A stretch of 64,000 bases of DNA from an uncultured Actinomycetota bacterium (lineage in GTDB: Bacteria > Actinomycetota > Actinomycetes > JAHEKZ01): positions 256,001-320,000 of the forward strand of contig CAVQYR010000001.1 in assembly GCA_963718235.1 (NCBI GenBank), read 5' to 3'. Within the stretch, counting starts at the first letter, position 1. Each line of letters begins with the position of its first letter. Both the position numbers and the translations under genes were made by a program. Below the pieces are notes generated by a model, which worked only from the letters and a program-made list of their open reading frames with translations, was not told the DNA's origin and did no database searches. This document shows positions 13,372 through 21,475 of the stretch, piece by piece.

Positions 13372-13446
13372 GGGCCTATAGCTCAGCTCGGTTAGAGCGC
13401 TTCCCTGATAAGGAAGAGGTCGGTGGTTCAAGTCCACCTAGGCCCA
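13372..13446 (+). tRNA. tRNA-Ile (GAT)
   Basis: GGGCCTA/TAGGCCC acceptor stem, anticodon loop CTGATAA, T-arm GGTTCAAGTCC; CCA not encoded. Confidence 0.97.
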
Positions 13447-13492
13447 CTCCCGGCTCCCTCGACCGGGTGACCGCAACGAACCGGAGTCTCAC

Positions 13493-13663
13493 GTGAAGAA
13501 GCTGCTCATCCTCGCGGTCGCCGCGGCCGCCGGATACGTCGTGTACCGCAAGGTCCAGCAGGACAAGGCCGAGCAAGACCTCTGGAACGAGGCCATCTTC
13601 GACGACGAGACGTCGGAGCCGACGCCGGCCGCCGCGGGTGCGCCGGTGGTCGACCTGCGTTGA
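13493..13663 (+). CDS. DLW-39-like small protein (56 aa), absent from the ORF track
   Basis: MKKLLILAVAAAAGYVVYRKVQQDKAEQDLWNEA...; GGAG RBS upstream; lies between tRNA-Ile and tRNA-Ala. Confidence 0.85.
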   Translation: MKKLLILAVAAAAGYVVYRKVQQDKAEQDLWNEAIFDDETSEPTPAAAGAPVVDLR

Positions 13664-13670
13664 CCCGTTC

Positions 13671-13743
13671 GGGGACGTAGCTCAACTGGCAGAGCACCGC
13701 CTTTGCAAGGCGGGGGTTAGGGGTTCAAGTCCCCTCGTCTCCA
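13671..13743 (+). tRNA. tRNA-Ala (TGC)
   Basis: GGGGACG/CGTCTCC acceptor with G3:U70 pair, anticodon loop TTTGCAA, GGTTCAAGTCC. Confidence 0.97.
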
Positions 13744-13789
13744 CTGCGTGCCCAAGGGCTCTCGGGGGCCGGGCGTGTTTGGGGGGTCC

Positions 13790-14602
13790 ATGGAACCGGT
13801 CGGTCGCCGGCGCGTGCTGCTCGGTGCTGCTGGTGCCGGCGCAGTCGTCGCGGCCGGGGCGGTGGGCTGGTCGCTCGCCTCTGATCGGGTCGCGCGGTCG
13901 CTGGGGCTTGGACCGGACCCGTTCATCCCGACGGCGCCGGAGGGCGTCATCACGCTGGAGACCGTGCACTCCGACGCCCGTGGCGCCGACGTCCAGCTGT
14001 TCACCGCGGTCCCGGACGGTTTCGGTGAAGGGGAGGGCCTGCCCGTCGTCGTCGTCCTGCACGGGGCCAGCGGCCGCCCCTCGCAGTACCAGGAGTTCGG
14101 TCTTGGCCGGTTCCTCACCGCCGCCGTGGAAGCCGGTGCGGCACCCTTCGTGCTCGCTGGCGCCGACGGGGGCACGCTGCGGTGGGAGCCCCAGCCCGAC
14201 GGCGACGACCCGCAGCGGATGGTGCGCGAGGAGCTGCCGCGGTGGCTGGACGAACGTGGGTTCGATGCCACGCGGCGCGCGGTGTGGGGGTGGTCGATGG
14301 GCGGCTACGGCGCCCTTCGACTGGCCCAGGATGCGCCGCGCTGGTCACGGGCGACGGCGACGTTCAGCCCGGCGGTGGCCGTTGGCGACCCCGTGTTCGG
14401 CAACGTCGCCCGGCTGGCCGGTCAGACCCTCGGCATGTGGTGTGGCACGCAGGACCCGTTCATCGACGCCGTCCGGGCGCTGGTCGACGTGCTCCCCCAG
14501 CCGCCGGTCATCGCGTCCTTCACTCCCGGCGCGCACACCCGGGTCTACTGGAACGACCAGACCCTCGACGCGTTCGAGTTCCTCTCCTCGTCGCTGCAGT
14601 GA
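13790..14602 (+). CDS. Alpha/beta-hydrolase (esterase family), probable Tat export
   Basis: N-terminal GRRRVLLG plus hydrophobic stretch; VVLHG, nucleophile GWSMGG, C-terminal PGAH. Confidence 0.8.
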   Translation: MEPVGRRRVLLGAAGAGAVVAAGAVGWSLASDRVARSLGLGPDPFIPTAPEGVITLETVHSDARGADVQLFTAVPDGFGEGEGLPVVVVLHGASGRPSQYQEFGLGRFLTAAVEAGAAPFVLAGADGGTLRWEPQPDGDDPQRMVREELPRWLDERGFDATRRAVWGWSMGGYGALRLAQDAPRWSRATATFSPAVAVGDPVFGNVARLAGQTLGMWCGTQDPFIDAVRALVDVLPQPPVIASFTPGAHTRVYWNDQTLDAFEFLSSSLQ

Positions 14603-14652
14603 GGGCTGTGCGAGGATCGAGTCGTCGTTTCCGCCTTCGAAAGGCCCGTGCC

Positions 14653-15183
14653 GTGGCTGAGCAGCTGTTCGCGACCCTGAAGACCACCCAGGGCGACATC
14701 CGCCTCGAGCTGTACCCCGACCATGCCCCGAAGACCGTCGCCAACTTCGTCGAGCTGGCCGAGGGAACGCGCGAGTGGACCGACCCGCGCACGGGGCAGA
14801 AGAGCACGGCGCCGCTCTACGACGGCACCCAGTTCCACCGGGTGATCCCGGGCTTCATGATCCAGGGCGGCGACCCCCTGGGCACCGGCACGGGAGGACC
14901 GGGCTACCGGTTCGCCGACGAGGCGCACCCCGAGCTGCAGTTCAACGACCCGTACCTGCTCGCCATGGCCAACGCCGGCCCGAACACCAACGGCTCGCAG
15001 TTCTTCGTGACCGTCGCAGCAACGCCGTGGCTGAACTTCAAGCACACGATCTTCGGGGTCGTGGCCGACGCCGACAGCCGCGCGGTGGTCGACGCGATCG
15101 TGGCCACGCCCACAGGCCCCGGTGACCGGCCGACGACGCCGGTGGTCGTCGAGTCGGTCGTGATCGACCGCGTCTCCGGGTGA
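14653..15183 (+). CDS. ppiA: Cyclophilin-type peptidyl-prolyl isomerase
   Basis: APKTVANFV, FHRVIPGFMIQGGDP, AMANAGPNTNGSQFF, HTIFG; GTG start at 14653. Confidence 0.96.
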   Translation: MAEQLFATLKTTQGDIRLELYPDHAPKTVANFVELAEGTREWTDPRTGQKSTAPLYDGTQFHRVIPGFMIQGGDPLGTGTGGPGYRFADEAHPELQFNDPYLLAMANAGPNTNGSQFFVTVAATPWLNFKHTIFGVVADADSRAVVDAIVATPTGPGDRPTTPVVVESVVIDRVSG

Positions 15184-15201
15184 CTGGTCGGTCGCACGCC
15201 C

Positions 15202-16098
15202 GTGAGTGAGGCCGCGGCAGCCCAGCCGCCGGGGGTCGTTCCACCGACGTGCTACCGGCACCCTGATCGCGAGACCTACATCCGGTGCACGCGCTGCGAC
15301 CGGCCCATCTGTCCGGACTGCATGCGTGAGGCCCCGGTGGGCTTCCAGTGCCCGGAGTGCGTGGCCGAGGCGGGACGTGCGGTCAAGCAGGGGCGCACGG
15401 TTGCGGGTGGGCGGGTGCACGGGGACCCCATCCTGGTCACCAAGGTGCTCCTGGCCACTAACGTGCTGCTGTTCATCGGCCAGACCGTCACCAGTGACGC
15501 CCTGACCCAGCGTTTCCTCCTGGCCGGAGCCCCCGTCGCGGCCGGCGAGTGGTGGCGCCTGCTCACCTCGGCATTCCTGCACGTCAGTGTCACTCACCTG
15601 CTGTTCAACATGCTGGCGCTGTGGATCGTCGGAGGGGCGATCGAACCCCGCCTGGGTCGGGCGCGCTACCTCACCGTGTACCTCGTCAGCGCCCTGGCTG
15701 GATCGGTGCTCTCCTACGTCGTCGACCCGATATACGCCAGCTCGGTCGGTGCCTCGGGTGCGGTCTTCGGACTGTTCGGGTCGCTGTTCGTCCTGGCGCT
15801 GCGGCTGCGGATCGACGTCCGCGGAGTGGTGGCGATCATCGCGATCAACGTGGTCATCGGGTTCATCCCCGCGTTCAACATCAACTGGCGGGCGCATCTG
15901 GGCGGTCTGGTCGCCGGCGCGCTGCTGACCGCCTGCATGGTCTACGCCCCGCAGGCCAAGCGCACGCTGGTCGCCGTCGTGGCGTCGGTCGTGGTCGTGA
16001 CGGTCTGCATCGGCTTCGCCCTGTGGCGCACGGAGCTGATCCGGTCGTGCGTCGACGGCACGCGTCCGTTCAGTGAGTGCAGCTCGCTCGTCGAGTAA
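15202..16098 (+). CDS. Rhomboid intramembrane serine protease with N-terminal Zn-binding (B-box-like) region
   Basis: CYRHP..C.RC...IC..C, WWRLLTSAFLH, HLLFNM, GASG and AHLGG. Confidence 0.93.
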   Translation: MSEAAAAQPPGVVPPTCYRHPDRETYIRCTRCDRPICPDCMREAPVGFQCPECVAEAGRAVKQGRTVAGGRVHGDPILVTKVLLATNVLLFIGQTVTSDALTQRFLLAGAPVAAGEWWRLLTSAFLHVSVTHLLFNMLALWIVGGAIEPRLGRARYLTVYLVSALAGSVLSYVVDPIYASSVGASGAVFGLFGSLFVLALRLRIDVRGVVAIIAINVVIGFIPAFNINWRAHLGGLVAGALLTACMVYAPQAKRTLVAVVASVVVVTVCIGFALWRTELIRSCVDGTRPFSECSSLVE

Positions 16099-16111
16099 GG
16101 AGGCACGGGTC

Positions 16112-17278
16112 GTGCGTGACGCGGTGGTGGTGTCTGCGGTTCGGACGCCGATCGGTCGGCGCAGCGGGGTGCTGTCCGCCGTCCACCCGGTCGACCTCTC
16201 GGCGGTCGTGCTCACCGCGCTGACCGAGCGCACCGGGCTGGACCCGGCCGTCGTCGACGACGTGCTGTGGGGCTGTGTCTCCCAGGCCGGCGAGCAGACC
16301 AGCAACGTCGCGCGCAGCGCCGTGCTCGCCGCCGGCTGGCCGGAGTCGGTGCCGGGAGTGACCATCGACCGTCAGTGCGGCTCCAGCCAGCAGGCCCTGG
16401 CGTTCGCGGCCGCCGGCCTGGTCAGCGGACAGTACGACGTCGTCGTCGCCGGGGGTGTGGAGTCGATGTCCCGGGTGCCCTTGGGCTCCTCGGCCGCAGG
16501 GGCCGACCCGTTCGGTCCCGGCGTACGGTCGCGTTACGCCGATGCCTTGGCGAAGGCCGGCGTGGCGACCTTCGACCAGGGCGTCGGTGCGGAGCTCGTC
16601 GCCGCGCGGTGGGGGCTGGACCGCGAGCGGCTGGACGCGTTCGCCTGGGAGTCCCACCAGCGCGCGGCGACGGCCGCCGACGCCGGGGCCTTCGACGAGG
16701 AGATCGTCGCGGTGACCACCCCCGACGGACACGTGGTCACCGCCGACGAGGGGATCCGACGGGACTCGACCCTCGAACGGCTGGCCACGCTGCCGACTCC
16801 GTTCCGTTCGGACGGTGTGGTGACCGCCGGCTCGTCCAGCCAGATCAGCGACGGTGCGGCCGCGCTGCTGATGACGACGTCACGGCTGGCGGCCCGGTAC
16901 GGCTGGAAGCCGCTGGCCCGGGTGCACACCACCGTGCTCGCGGCAGCCGACCCGGTGCAGATGCTGACGGCACCGATCCCAGCGACCCACCGCCTGCTGG
17001 GGCGAGCCGGGGTGTCACTGCCCGAGGTCGACGCCTACGAGGTGAACGAGGCGTTCGCCCCCGTTCCACTGGCCTGGCTGGCCGAGACGGGTGCGGACCC
17101 GAGCCGGCTGAACCCCAGGGGCGGCGCGATCGCGCTGGGTCATCCGCTGGGGGCGTCGGGAGCCCGCCTGACCACCACGCTGCTGCACTACCTGCGCCAG
17201 ACCGGTGGACGGATCGGGCTGCAGACCATGTGCGAGGGCGGCGGCCAGGCCAACGCCACCCTCTTCACCCGCCCCTGA
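16112..17278 (+). CDS. Thiolase (acetyl-CoA C-acyltransferase)
   Basis: DRQCGSSQ, NEAFA, GGAIALGHPLGASG, MCEGGG; AAGGAGG RBS before GTG 16112. Confidence 0.94.
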   Translation: MRDAVVVSAVRTPIGRRSGVLSAVHPVDLSAVVLTALTERTGLDPAVVDDVLWGCVSQAGEQTSNVARSAVLAAGWPESVPGVTIDRQCGSSQQALAFAAAGLVSGQYDVVVAGGVESMSRVPLGSSAAGADPFGPGVRSRYADALAKAGVATFDQGVGAELVAARWGLDRERLDAFAWESHQRAATAADAGAFDEEIVAVTTPDGHVVTADEGIRRDSTLERLATLPTPFRSDGVVTAGSSSQISDGAAALLMTTSRLAARYGWKPLARVHTTVLAAADPVQMLTAPIPATHRLLGRAGVSLPEVDAYEVNEAFAPVPLAWLAETGADPSRLNPRGGAIALGHPLGASGARLTTTLLHYLRQTGGRIGLQTMCEGGGQANATLFTRP

Positions 17279-17317
17279 TCTCGGCACACGATCGGGTTTG
17301 CTGATCGTGTGCCGAGA
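17279..17317. terminator. 15-bp perfect inverted repeat between convergent genes (terminator or REP-like)
   Basis: TCTCGGCACACGATC-N9-GATCGTGTGCCGAGA. Confidence 0.65.
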
Positions 17318-17347
17318 ACCGGGCCTCCCACCGCCAGCAAAGGCACG

Positions 17348-18740
17348 TCACCGTCGGTCAAGGGGGACGGCGGGCGGACGACGGCGCACCCGCGCGTACC
17401 GGCAGCCGGAGAGGTCGAGCTGGAGGTGCTGACCGTCGACCTCGACGTCGAAGGCCACCGTGTCCGGTGAGTGCTCGCCGCCGACGCCGAACCGGGTCCG
17501 GTCGAGGGGAGCGAGCTCCTCGCGCGACCCGCTGACCGGGTCGGCCAGCTGCAGCGTCTCCCCCGCGCGCACGACCTCCACGGTGGGGACCCACGGGTTG
17601 TACGAGCGGTACAGGCCGACGAGCGGCTCCCACTCGGCTCGCCCTTGGGGATCGTCGACCACGGGTCTCAAGGTCGCCGAGGGCTCGACGGCCTCGATCG
17701 CGGCACCGAGGTCGGCGCGCAGCCGGTCGAGGACGAATCGGTTGGCCGCGGAGACGTCACAGTGTCCGTTCACCAGCAAGGCGGTGCCGATGCCCAGAGC
17801 CGGGTCCACCCGCACGTCGGCGTACAGGCCGACCATCCCGCCGCTGTGGCCGAGGGTCCCTCCCTCGTCCGCGCGGGCGGCCCACGTCGTCGTAGCTGCT
17901 GAGGCCGTACCCGTACGACTCGGCTTCGTCGACCCGCACGTGTCGCCCGCGCAGGACGTCGAACTGCTCGCGACCCAGCACCCCGGGCGTTTCGCCGCGC
18001 AGGAGGAACCGCAGGTAGACGGCCACGTCCTCGGGGGTGGCCACGATGGAGCCGTCGGCGGTGCAAGTGGGGAACCACTGGTCGGGGACCTGGTCGGTGT
18101 CGGCGAGCCACAGCACGTCGTCGCGCGGTGGTCGGTGGCCGTGCACGTCACGCGTCCGGTCCGCCGCGACCACCGAGCCGGACGCGCCGTCCATCCCCAG
18201 CGGGCGCAGCACGTGGGTGAGCAGGTGCTCCTCGACCGGCACCCCGGTGAGCTGTTCGACGACGTCACCCAGCATCTCGTACCCGCAGTTGGAGTAGTGG
18301 AACCCACCCCCCGGCGGCTGGGGGTTGCCGACCAGGCCCTGGACGGCGGTCTCCAGCCGGGAGTCGGTGCTCCACTCACTTCCGGTCGGCAGCCCGCCGG
18401 TGTGGGTGAGCAGGTGGTGCAGCCTCAGGTCCTGGTGAACGTGGCGGGCCCATGGCAGGTGCGCCACGACGGGGTCGGTGACCGACACCTGGCCGGCGGC
18501 CTGCAGCTGCAGCAGTGCGATCGCGGTGAAGGCCTTGGAGACCGACCCGATCTGCCACCGCTGCTCCGCGGACAGCGGGCGACGCGTGCCGGCGTCGGCC
18601 ACTCCGGAGAGTGCGACGAGGCCGGTTCGGGTCGAGTCCGTGACGACCAGCGCGACCCCTGGCACCCGGCGAAGCCGCTGCCAGTCGCCGACCCAACGGG
18701 CGGTCTCGGCGAGCGAGCGGTCGGAGACGGTGCGGGCCAC
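17348..18740 (-). pseudogene. Beta-lactamase-family serine hydrolase split by a frameshift near 17865-17890
   Basis: SVSK, LLTHTGG and YSN motifs in ORF 17757..18740; HSGG motif and C-terminus are in the 17348 frame. Confidence 0.8.
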
Positions 18741-18766
18741 GGCCCGGAATCTACCCGCGGCCGCGT

Positions 18767-18798
18767 TCGTCCACAGAGGTTGTCCCCACTGTGGACCG
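18767..18798. promoter_or_regulatory. Cluster of three DnaA-box-like 9-mers downstream of crgA
   Basis: TCGTCCACA 18767-18775, TTGTCCCCA 18780-18788, TGTGGACCG 18790-18798. Confidence 0.6.
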
Positions 18799-18823
18799 AC
18801 TCACACGACTGTGTTTTCCCAGG

Positions 18824-19084
18824 TCAGCGCCAGCGCGTGGCCACCATCAGTCCGGCGAAGATCAGGCCGAACCCGATGAACAGGTTGGCGATGCCCCAGT
18901 TCTGCATGCCGGGGATCGAGTCTCCGGCGAGGTACCACAGCACGATCCAGAGCAGGCCGAGCACGAAGAGCGTGACCATCACCGGCGCCACCCAGCGACT
19001 GGGCAGGCGCGAGGCGGAGGTGCGCTTGGCGGGCGGCGGGGTGAACCCGTCGTCCTTCTTCTTGCGGATCCGCGACTTGGGCAC
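18824..19084 (-). CDS. crgA: Cell division protein CrgA
   Basis: MPKSRIRKK...SRWVAPVMVTLFVLGLLWIVLWY...WGIAN..IGFG...MVATRWR; GGAGGA RBS. Confidence 0.93.
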   Translation of the reverse strand: MPKSRIRKKKDDGFTPPPAKRTSASRLPSRWVAPVMVTLFVLGLLWIVLWYLAGDSIPGMQNWGIANLFIGFGLIFAGLMVATRWR

Positions 19085-19184
19085 GGGTCCTCCTCGTTCG
19101 GGTCGTTCGTCGGGTGGGTGGTCGAGAGGCTGCGATCGTTGGCCTAGCGTAGTCGGCACCGCTTCGGTCACCGGGAGGACGACG

Positions 19185-19928
19185 ATGGGCACGGCTCCGA
19201 CCGCCACGTCGTCGCGCGGGTGGCGCTGGGTTCTCCCGGTGACCTTGGCCGTGACCGGGCTGGTCGTGGTCGCCGGGGCGCACACGGCAGCCGGCACCGA
19301 CCTGCGCGGTGACGAGCAGACCCGCCTGGTCGACCTGGTCGTCGAGCAGAACGCCCGAGTCGACGCGATCACCGCCGACGTCGACGCCCTGCGCCGCGCG
19401 GTCGACGCGGCCGCTGCCGCCCAGCGCGACGGTCGGGTGGGCGACGAGCTGGCGCAGCGCGTCGTGTCGCTGGGCCAGGTGGTGGGGGTGCACCCCGCCC
19501 GGGGGCAGGGTCTTCGGGTCGCCCTGGACGACGCCAGCGTCCCCGAGAGCGGCGTCCCCGAGGGGTTCGCCCCCGACGACTACGTCGTGCACCAGCAGGA
19601 CGTGCAGGGCGTCGTCAACGCGCTGTGGGCCGGCGGCGCTGAGGCGATCCAGGTGATGGACCAGCGCATCGTGGCGACCAGCGCCGTCCGGTGCGTGGGG
19701 AACACCTTGATCCTGCAGGGGCGGGTCTACGCACCCCCCTTCACCATCACCGCCATCGGCCCGCCCGACCGGCTCAGCCGAGCCCTGGACGCAGCGCCGT
19801 CGGTGCAGGTGTACCGGCAGTGGGCCGACCTGGTCGGACTCGGCTTCGACGTCGAGGAGCTGGACGCCGTCTCCCTCCCCGGGTACGAGGGAAGCCTCGA
19901 CCTCACGTTCGCGCGGGCGGCCCCGTGA
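19185..19928 (+). CDS. DUF881 family protein
   Basis: VHQQDVQGVVNALWAGGAEA, SAVRCVGNT, PPFTITAIG; divergent from crgA. Confidence 0.9.
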   Translation: MGTAPTATSSRGWRWVLPVTLAVTGLVVVAGAHTAAGTDLRGDEQTRLVDLVVEQNARVDAITADVDALRRAVDAAAAAQRDGRVGDELAQRVVSLGQVVGVHPARGQGLRVALDDASVPESGVPEGFAPDDYVVHQQDVQGVVNALWAGGAEAIQVMDQRIVATSAVRCVGNTLILQGRVYAPPFTITAIGPPDRLSRALDAAPSVQVYRQWADLVGLGFDVEELDAVSLPGYEGSLDLTFARAAP

Positions 19929-20653
19929 CCAAGGTGCTGCTGCTGCCGATGTCGCGCCGGCCGAGCCGGCGACCGACGGGTTGGCGCCTGGCCGCCCGAG
20001 TGCTCGGGGAGTTGCTGGTCACCTCGGGCTGCGTGGTCCTGCTGTTCGTGGTGTACCAGCTGTGGTGGACCAACGTCGAGGCAGACCGGGCGGCGTCAGC
20101 GGTCACGTCGCAGCTGGAACAGCAGTGGAGCGTCGACGACGGCTCGCCCACCCAGCGTCAGGAGTTCCCACCCGCCCTGAGGAACGGGCAGGGTTTCGCC
20201 CTGCTGTCGATCCCGCGGCTCGGCGAGCGCTGGCAGGCGCCGGTCGTGCAGGGGGTGACGCTCGACGACCTGGCCAAGGGGGTCGGGCACTACCCCGACT
20301 CGGCGCTGCCCGGTGAGGTCGGCAACTTCGCCATGGCGGGGCACCGGGCGACCAACGGCGAGCCGTTCGCCTACCTGGACCGGGTTCGCGCGGGCGATCT
20401 CGTCGTGGTCGAGACGCGTACGACCTACTACACCTACCGGATGGACGACTGGTACCTGGTTCCACCGACGCAGGTGGAGGTCGTCGCCCCTGTGCCCAAC
20501 AAGCCCGACGCGACGCCCAGGGCGAGGTACATCACCCTGACCACCTGCAACCCTCGCTGGGCGTCGTACGAACGCCTCATCGTGCACGGTGTCCTCGTCC
20601 ACTCCAGTCCGAAGTCCGACGGACCGCCCGCTGCACTGACCGAAGGAGGGTGA
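19925..20653 (+). CDS. Class E sortase
   Basis: N-terminal TM, GHYP..ALPG..GNFAMAGHR, catalytic TLTTCNP...R. Confidence 0.92.
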   Translation: MTKVLLLPMSRRPSRRPTGWRLAARVLGELLVTSGCVVLLFVVYQLWWTNVEADRAASAVTSQLEQQWSVDDGSPTQRQEFPPALRNGQGFALLSIPRLGERWQAPVVQGVTLDDLAKGVGHYPDSALPGEVGNFAMAGHRATNGEPFAYLDRVRAGDLVVVETRTTYYTYRMDDWYLVPPTQVEVVAPVPNKPDATPRARYITLTTCNPRWASYERLIVHGVLVHSSPKSDGPPAALTEGG

Positions 20654-20654
20654 C

Positions 20655-20816
20655 GTGTACGTCTGGTTGTGGAACCGCCTGCCCGGTCCGACCGCGGTGC
20701 GGGTGCTCATCGCCCTGGTCGCCGCTGCGCTCGTCGTCGTCGTGCTGTTCGGGTGGGTCTTCCCCTGGGTCGAGCCGAGACTGCCCTTCACCGACGTTAC
20801 GGTGGACCAGCCATGA
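20655..20816 (+). CDS. Small membrane protein (53 aa), absent from the ORF track
   Basis: MYVWLWNRLPGPTAVRVLIALVAAALVVVVLFGWVFPWVEPRLPF...; AAGGAGG RBS; stop overlaps the trpG ATG. Confidence 0.8.
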   Translation: MYVWLWNRLPGPTAVRVLIALVAAALVVVVLFGWVFPWVEPRLPFTDVTVDQP

Positions 20817-21436
20817 CCCCTCGGATCCTCGTCGTCGACAACTACGACAGCTTCGTCTACAACCTGGTCCAGTACCTGTCCCAGCTGGGCGCCCACTGCG
20901 AGGTTCGGCGCAACGACGAGGTGACGGCGGCGCAGGCCCTGGGCTTCGACGGGGTCCTGCTGAGTCCTGGGCCGGGCACTCCGGAAGAGGCCGGCGTCTG
21001 CATCGAGATCGTGCGCGCCTGTGCCGGCGCCGTCCCGGTCCTGGGGGTGTGCCTGGGTCTGCAGGCCATCGCGGTGGCGTACGGAGCGACGGTGGGCAGG
21101 GCGCCCGAGCTGTTGCACGGAAAGACGTCCCAGGTCAGGCACCACGGAGTCGGCGTGCTTTCCGGGCTGCCAGACCCGTTCACCGCGACCCGCTACCACT
21201 CGCTGGCGGTCGACCCGGCGACGGTTCCGGCCGTTCTGGAGGTCACCGGAACGACCGACGCCGACGTGATCATGGCGATGCGTCACCGCGAGCTGGCCGT
21301 CGAAGGGGTGCAGTTCCACCCGGAGTCGGTCCTCACCGAGGGCGGGCACCGCCTGCTGGCGAACTGGTTGGTCGTGTGCGGCGACACCGACGCCGTGGCC
21401 CGGTCATCCGGGCTGGCACCGGTGGTCAGCCGCTGA
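20813..21436 (+). CDS. trpG: Aminodeoxychorismate/anthranilate synthase component II (GATase)
   Basis: VVDNYDSF.YNL, SPGPG, GVCLG, RYHSL and QFHPES. Confidence 0.93.
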   Translation: MTPRILVVDNYDSFVYNLVQYLSQLGAHCEVRRNDEVTAAQALGFDGVLLSPGPGTPEEAGVCIEIVRACAGAVPVLGVCLGLQAIAVAYGATVGRAPELLHGKTSQVRHHGVGVLSGLPDPFTATRYHSLAVDPATVPAVLEVTGTTDADVIMAMRHRELAVEGVQFHPESVLTEGGHRLLANWLVVCGDTDAVARSSGLAPVVSR

Positions 21437-21475
21437 CCCGAGGCGTCCTGAGCGCCGCCGGCCTGGCACCCGAGG

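Noticed and set aside
17460-19928. 822-aa ORF as a single protein
   Set aside because: Only the part from ATG 19185 is DUF881; the rest is antisense to the serine hydrolase and crgA
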